Below, piece by piece: positions 58,193 through 64,000 of a stretch of DNA of 64,000 nt. A program made the translations under genes and the position numbers. Under the pieces are notes generated by a model that was not told the DNA's origin, did no database searches, and was given only the letters and a program-made list of their open reading frames with translations. This DNA is from Burkholderiales bacterium (GTDB taxonomy: Bacteria; Pseudomonadota; Gammaproteobacteria; Burkholderiales; SG8-39). The stretch spans positions 341-64,340 of the forward strand of contig JAOAFL010000080.1 of the NCBI GenBank assembly GCA_026416295.1, given 5' to 3'. Numbering within the stretch: position 1 is the first letter of the stretch; every line of letters begins with the position of its first letter.

Positions 58193-58873
58193 TCAGGCGT
58201 GCCTTGCCTCCGGTTTCTCCAGGCAGTAGCCGATGCCGCGCACGGTGACGATGCGCACCCCGCCCGGCTCGAGCTTGCGCCGCAGGCGGTGCACGTACAC
58301 CTCGATCGCGTTGGGCGAGACCTCTTCGCCCCACGCGCACAGATGGCTCACGAGCTGGTCCTTCGAAACCAGGCGCCCCGCGCGCTGAAGGAAGATTTCG
58401 AGCAGGCTGAGTTCCCGCGCCGAGAGTTCGATCGCCTCGCCGTTCAGTCGCGCGACGCGCCCGACCTGGTCGTAGACGAGCGGCCCGTGCACGATCAGCG
58501 TCTGCCCGCCCGCGAGCGCGCGGCGGGCGAGCGCGCGCACGCGCGCCTCCAGCTCCGCCAGCTCGAACGGCTTGGCGAGGTAGTCGTCCGCGCCGGCGTC
58601 GAGCCCCCGCACGCGGTCGTCGACGCTGTCGTAGCCGGTGAGCAGCAGCACCGGCAGGCGCGACTGACGCGCGCGCAACCGCCGCAGCACTTCGAGACCG
58701 GATTTGCGCGGCAGACCGATGTCGAGGATGAGCAGATCGAACTCGTCCGCCTCGAGCGCCGCATCCGCCTCCTCGCCGCTCGGCACCCAGTCGACCGCGT
58801 AGCCGTGCCGGCGCAGGCTGCACGAGACCGCGCCCGCGAGGGTCGCGTCGTCTTCTGCGATCAGGATGCGCAA
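58193..58873 (-). CDS. OmpR/PhoB-family response regulator with no adjacent sensor kinase
   Basis: Tail of ORF 58193..59092 from TTG 58873, preceded by GGAGGGAAGGG. Receiver domain 'RILIAEDD...LLILDIGLP...DDYLAKPF' plus winged helix 'IEVYVHRLRRKL...VRGIGY'. Confidence 0.88.
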   Translation of the reverse strand: MRILIAEDDATLAGAVSCSLRRHGYAVDWVPSGEEADAALEADEFDLLILDIGLPRKSGLEVLRRLRARQSRLPVLLLTGYDSVDDRVRGLDAGADDYLAKPFELAELEARVRALARRALAGGQTLIVHGPLVYDQVGRVARLNGEAIELSARELSLLEIFLQRAGRLVSKDQLVSHLCAWGEEVSPNAIEVYVHRLRRKLEPGGVRIVTVRGIGYCLEKPEARHA

Positions 58874-58896
58874 CCCTTCCCTCCGTGCAGCGAGTG

Positions 58897-58929
58897 TACA
58901 AAAGAAAAGGGGCGCTCGCGCGCCCCTTT
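58897..58929 (-). terminator. rho-independent terminator of groESL
   Basis: Minus strand: AAAGGGGCGC-GCGA-GCGCCCCTTT (10-bp GC-rich stem) followed by TCTTTTGTA. It starts 27 nt after the groEL stop. Confidence 0.75.
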
Positions 58930-58955
58930 CGTGCCGTGCGACCTCGCGGCCGGGC

Positions 58956-60602
<1,647 letters not shown>

Positions 60603-60652
60603 CTACTCTCCTCGATGCGAAACGGATTGAGTGCGAATCGGCGCGACCGACA

Positions 60653-60943
60653 TCAGGACTCGATGACGCCCATGATGTCTTCTTCGCGCATCACGAGCAG
60701 CTCTTCGCCCTTCACCTTGACGGTCTGACCGGAGTATTTTCCGAACAGCACCCGGTCGCCGACCTTGACGTCGAGCGGGATGATCTTGCCGTCCTCGGTC
60801 TTCTTGCCCTTGCCGACGGCGAGAACCTCCCCCTGATCGGGCTTCTCCGCGGCGGTGTCAGGGATCACGATCCCGCCAGCGGACTTGCGCTCTTCTTCGA
60901 TGCGCTTGACGATCACGCGATCATGCAACGGACGAATCTTCAT
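60653..60943 (-). CDS. groS: co-chaperonin GroES
   Basis: ORF 60653..60994 trimmed to '[14 protein letters not shown]' (GGGAGA SD). 'GGIVIPD', '[11 protein letters not shown]'. Confidence 0.97.
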   Translation of the reverse strand: MKIRPLHDRVIVKRIEEERKSAGGIVIPDTAAEKPDQGEVLAVGKGKKTEDGKIIPLDVKVGDRVLFGKYSGQTVKVKGEELLVMREEDIMGVIES

Positions 60944-61013
60944 TCGGGTCTCCCATAAAAACCTTGTTGAATCAACAGGTTGGGAAGCGCCCAAGGCCGA
61001 AATCGACGGCTTG

Positions 61014-61040
61014 TTAGCACTCCCCTTAAGCGAGTGCTAA
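61014..61040 (-). promoter_or_regulatory. CIRCE operator (HrcA binding site) in the groES leader
   Basis: Exact match to the consensus TTAGCACTC-N9-GAGTGCTAA (TTAGCACTC CCCTTAAGC GAGTGCTAA), about 70 nt upstream of the groES ATG. Confidence 0.88.
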
Positions 61041-61068
61041 TGATAGTGATCGCCGCCCGCGATTTCAA
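61040..61068 (-). promoter_or_regulatory. candidate sigma70-type groESL promoter
   Basis: Minus strand: TTGAAA (61068-61063), 17-nt spacer, TATCAT (61045-61040). The last T of the -10 box is the first T of CIRCE, so the operator would cover the transcription start. Confidence 0.5.
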
Positions 61069-61087
61069 GGGTTTCTAGAATCCCGGC

Positions 61088-62521
61088 GTGAGCGTTGCGC
61101 GCTCGATCTCGGTGACCGGCCTTTTGGGCCTCGCGCTCTGCGCTGCCGCGACCGATCAGCCGCCCGCGGCGGTCGCCCAGGCGCTTGCCACCGCCCGGGT
61201 ACCTGCGTCGGCCGTCGCGATCGCCGTCCTCGAGGCAAACGGCGGGCGGCCGGTGCTGCGGGTGAACGACGCCGCGCCGATGAACCCCGCCTCGACGATG
61301 AAACTGCTCACCACGTTCGCGGCGCTCGAATTGCTCGGGCCCGCGTTCCGCTGGAAGACGGAAGCGTACCTCGACGGCGCGCTGCGCGACGGGGTGCTCG
61401 CGGGAAACCTTGTGCTGCGCGGCGGCGGCGATCCGCGCCTCGACCTCGAATCGTTCTGGATGCTGCTGCGGGCGCTGCGCGCTCGGGGGCTGCGCGAGGT
61501 CCGCGGCGACCTCGTGCTCGACCGAAGCTTTTTCGCGCGCGCAAACGGCGGCTCCGGCGCCTTCGACGGCGAGCCGTACCGGCCCTACAACGTCGCACCC
61601 GATGCGCTGCTCGTCAACTACAACGCGCTGCGCTTCCTGTTCCTGCCGGGCGGCGAGCGCGACCCGCGCCCGGTGCGTATCGCCGTCGAGCCGCATCCGC
61701 CGGCGCTCGAGGTGATCAACAACCTGCGGCTCGCGAGCGGCCCGTGCGTCGAGGGCCGCGCGTTTCGCGAGATGCTCGCGCCCACCTTCGAGCCGTCGCG
61801 GCCGCGCGCGATCTTTGCCGGCCGCTATCCGGCGAGTTGCGGCGAACGCGAGCTGAACGTCGCGCTCCTTCCCCCGAACGACCACGTCGGCGGCCTGATG
61901 CGCCAGCTCTGGCGCGAGGCGGGCGGCGCCTGGATCGGTGCGGTGCGCGAAGGCCCGGCGCCGACGAACGCCGCGCCGTTCTACGTACACGAGTCGCCGC
62001 CGCTCGGCCTCGTCGTTCGCGACGTGAACAAGCACTCGAACAACGTCATGGCGCGCCACTTGTTCCTCACGCTCGGCGCGCACGCGGCCGGACCGCCCGG
62101 CGATCCGGACAAGGCGGCGGCCGCGGTGCGCAGCTGGCTCGCGCGAAAGGGCATCGCCGCGCCCGAGCTCGCGTTGGAGAACGGCTCGGGGCTTTCGCGC
62201 ATCGAGCGGCTGAGCGCGGCGACTCTCGCCGCGCTTCTTCAGGCCGCCTGGCGCTCGAGCGTCATGCCCGAATTCGTCGCCTCGCTGCCGATCGTGGCGG
62301 TCGACGGCACCATGCGCAGGCGGCTCGCCGGCGAGCCGATCGCCGGCCAGGCGCACATCAAGACGGGACTGCTCGCCGACGTGCGCGCGATCGCGGGGTA
62401 CCTCCTCGACCGCGCCGGCCGGCGCATGGTCGTGGTGATGATCGTCAACCACCCGAACGCGGCGCAGACGCAAGCCGCGATGGACGAGCTGCTGCGCTGG
62501 GTCTACGAGCGCGGCGACTGA
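61088..62521 (+). CDS. dacB: D-alanyl-D-alanine carboxypeptidase/endopeptidase (PBP4, peptidase S13)
   Basis: 477-aa ORF with GTG start. Signal peptide. Active-site 'PASTMKLLT' (SxxK), 'NKHSNN' (SxN), 'HIKTGLL' (KTG). Confidence 0.88.
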   Translation: MSVARSISVTGLLGLALCAAATDQPPAAVAQALATARVPASAVAIAVLEANGGRPVLRVNDAAPMNPASTMKLLTTFAALELLGPAFRWKTEAYLDGALRDGVLAGNLVLRGGGDPRLDLESFWMLLRALRARGLREVRGDLVLDRSFFARANGGSGAFDGEPYRPYNVAPDALLVNYNALRFLFLPGGERDPRPVRIAVEPHPPALEVINNLRLASGPCVEGRAFREMLAPTFEPSRPRAIFAGRYPASCGERELNVALLPPNDHVGGLMRQLWREAGGAWIGAVREGPAPTNAAPFYVHESPPLGLVVRDVNKHSNNVMARHLFLTLGAHAAGPPGDPDKAAAAVRSWLARKGIAAPELALENGSGLSRIERLSAATLAALLQAAWRSSVMPEFVASLPIVAVDGTMRRRLAGEPIAGQAHIKTGLLADVRAIAGYLLDRAGRRMVVVMIVNHPNAAQTQAAMDELLRWVYERGD

Positions 62522-62528
62522 GCGGGCG

Positions 62529-62930
62529 CTACACCGGCATCGGGCGGCCGCGCGCGAGCGCGAGCCAGCCGCGCGCGACGCGGTACGCGACCCACAGTCC
62601 GGTCCCCGCCCAGACGGCGAACGCGAGCGGGATCAGCACGAGCGTCGCCCAGAGCGCAACGCCCGCGAGCGCCCACGGCAGCGCGAACCAGAACGTGCGC
62701 AGCTGCCAGCGAAAGTGCGAGTCGAGCGGCGTGCCCGCCGCCTCGGCGCGCTTGAGATCGTTGAGGACCACCGCGACGAGCGACGGCCAGCCGAGGAGAA
62801 ACGTGCTCACCACGAACGCCGGCGTCGCCAGCCCGGCGAGCACCGACCAGGCGTGAAGCGCGTAGATCGCGTGCGTCCAGGCGCGCAGCCCCTCGCGCGC
62901 CGCGCCGTTCAGAGGCCGAGGTCCTTCCAC
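62529..62930 (-). CDS. small 3-4-TM membrane protein (DUF4870-like pattern)
   Basis: Tail of ORF 62529..63995. '[17 protein letters not shown]...[10 protein letters not shown]......[14 protein letters not shown]'. No in-frame ATG nearby. GTG 62930 proposed (overlaps the ubiD 3' end by 22 nt). CTG 62912 is an alternative. The family call is from pattern memory only. Confidence 0.5.
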   Translation of the reverse strand: MEGPRPLNGAAREGLRAWTHAIYALHAWSVLAGLATPAFVVSTFLLGWPSLVAVVLNDLKRAEAAGTPLDSHFRWQLRTFWFALPWALAGVALWATLVLIPLAFAVWAGTGLWVAYRVARGWLALARGRPMPV

Positions 62931-64000
62931 AGGGCGTCCACGCGCCGCGTCACCTCCGGGTCGCGCGCGATCGGACGGCCCCAGCGGCGCGCGGTCTCGC
63001 CCGGCCATTTGTTCGTCGCGTCGATGCCCATCTTCGAGCCGAGGCCGGCCACGGGACTCGCGAAGTCGAGATAATCGATCGGCGTGTTCTCGACGATCAG
63101 CGTGTCGCGCGCCGGATCGACGCGCGTGGTGATCGCCCAGACCACTTCCTTCCAGTCGCGCGCGTCGACGTCGTCGTCCACCACGACGATGAACTTCGTG
63201 TACATGAACTGGCGCAGGTAGCTCCAGACGCCGAACAGGACGCGCTTCGCGTGGCCCGGGTACTGCTTGCGGATGCTGACGACCGCCATGCGGTAGGAGC
63301 AGCCCTCGGGCGGAAGGTAGAAGTCGACGATCTCGGGGAACTGGCGCGCGATCAGCGGCACGAACACGTCGTTGAGCGCCATGCCGAGCACCGCCGGCTC
63401 GTCGGGCGGCTTGCCGGTGTAGGTCGAGTGGTAGATCGGATCGCGCCGCATCGTGATGCGCCGCACGGTGAGCACCGGAAAGCGCTCCGCCTCGTTGTAG
63501 TAGCCAGTGTGGTCGCCGTGCGGTCCCTCGAGCGCGGTGTCCTCCGGCAGGATTTCGCCCTCCAGCACGATCTCGGCGCGCGCCGGTACCTCGAGATCGC
63601 TGCCGAGGCATTTCGTCACCTCGGTGCGCGCATCGCGCAGGAGCCCCGCGAACTGGTATTCGCCGAGCGCATCGGGCACCGGCGTCACCGCAGCGAGGGT
63701 GGTCGCCGGATCGGCGCCGATCGCGACCGCCACCGGAAACGGCGCGCCCGGGCGTGCGATGCAGTGGTCGCGAAAGTCGAGCGCGCCGCCGCGGTGCGCG
63801 AGCCAGCGCATGATGACGCGGTTCGGGGCGATCACCTGCTGACGGTAGATGCCGAGGTTCTGTCGCCGCTTGAACGGCCCGCGCGTGATCGTGAGCCCCC
63901 AGGTGATGAGCGGCCCGGCATCCCCGGGCCAGCACGTCTGCACCGGAAGCCGGGAGAGGTCCACGTCCTTGCCCTCCCAGACCACTTCCTGACACGGGGC
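62909..64000 (-). CDS. ubiD: 4-hydroxy-3-polyprenylbenzoate decarboxylase (UbiD), N-terminus beyond the window
   Basis: The reading frame is open to the window edge. 'LGIYRQQV', '[10 protein letters not shown]', '[11 protein letters not shown]', '[13 protein letters not shown]', '[11 protein letters not shown]'. 5'-partial. Confidence 0.93.
   Translation of the reverse strand, partial: APCQEVVWEGKDVDLSRLPVQTCWPGDAGPLITWGLTITRGPFKRRQNLGIYRQQVIAPNRVIMRWLAHRGGALDFRDHCIARPGAPFPVAVAIGADPATTLAAVTPVPDALGEYQFAGLLRDARTEVTKCLGSDLEVPARAEIVLEGEILPEDTALEGPHGDHTGYYNEAERFPVLTVRRITMRRDPIYHSTYTGKPPDEPAVLGMALNDVFVPLIARQFPEIVDFYLPPEGCSYRMAVVSIRKQYPGHAKRVLFGVWSYLRQFMYTKFIVVVDDDVDARDWKEVVWAITTRVDPARDTLIVENTPIDYLDFASPVAGLGSKMGIDATNKWPGETARRWGRPIARDPEVTRRVDALWKDLGL

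Overview
This 64-kb window is very GC-rich (roughly 70% by eye, third codon positions almost all G/C) and gene-dense. It looks like chromosomal DNA with Betaproteobacteria-type gene order. I support 62 CDS (one cut by the window edge, one low-confidence small ORF), 2 tRNAs (CAT anticodon and Phe-GAA), a perfect CIRCE operator with a sigma70-like promoter upstream of groES, a rho-independent terminator after groEL, and a few hairpins. No rRNA, CRISPR array, IS element, integrase or prophage was seen. Because of the GC content, every frame carries long Arg/Ala/Pro-rich ORFs. Real genes were picked by recognisable motifs and trimmed to starts that give ATGA/GTGA/TTGA stop-start overlaps, which are very common here. 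About 19-64 kb is housekeeping: mltA, dsbC, ubiH-family, miaB-phoH-ybeY-corC-lnt-glyQ-glyS-gmhB-plsC-gloA; rsmA-surA-lptD divergent from amgK-murU-pepP-ubiH; dusB-fis-purH-purD-hemF; hemY-hemX-hemD-hemC-algR-algZ divergent from argH; grxD, prmC-prfA-hemA, tRNA-Phe, an orphan OmpR-type regulator, groESL, dacB and ubiD. The accessory-looking part is about 1.3-18.8 kb and holds the two best candidates for an undescribed system. (1) A roughly 12-kb chain of 10 tightly or translationally coupled genes (16820-18106 down to 6017) links two MurG-like and two GT4 glycosyltransferases, a CE4-like deacetylase and a 2-TM PH-like membrane protein directly to a Yej/Opp-type binding-protein-dependent ABC importer. 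It is divergent from a stand-alone QueC/ExsB-like PP-loop ATPase. (2) A 909-aa ABC-exporter-like protein has a degenerate ATPase site and a roughly 300-aa insertion made of a triplicated Q-loop segment. It is co-oriented with a canonical cyclic-nucleotide-binding protein and divergent from an MBL-fold hydrolase. A Ser/Thr kinase fused to a cNMP-binding domain, translationally coupled to argH, is a third cyclic-nucleotide-related oddity. All functional calls come from motif and synteny recognition by eye; no database search was run.
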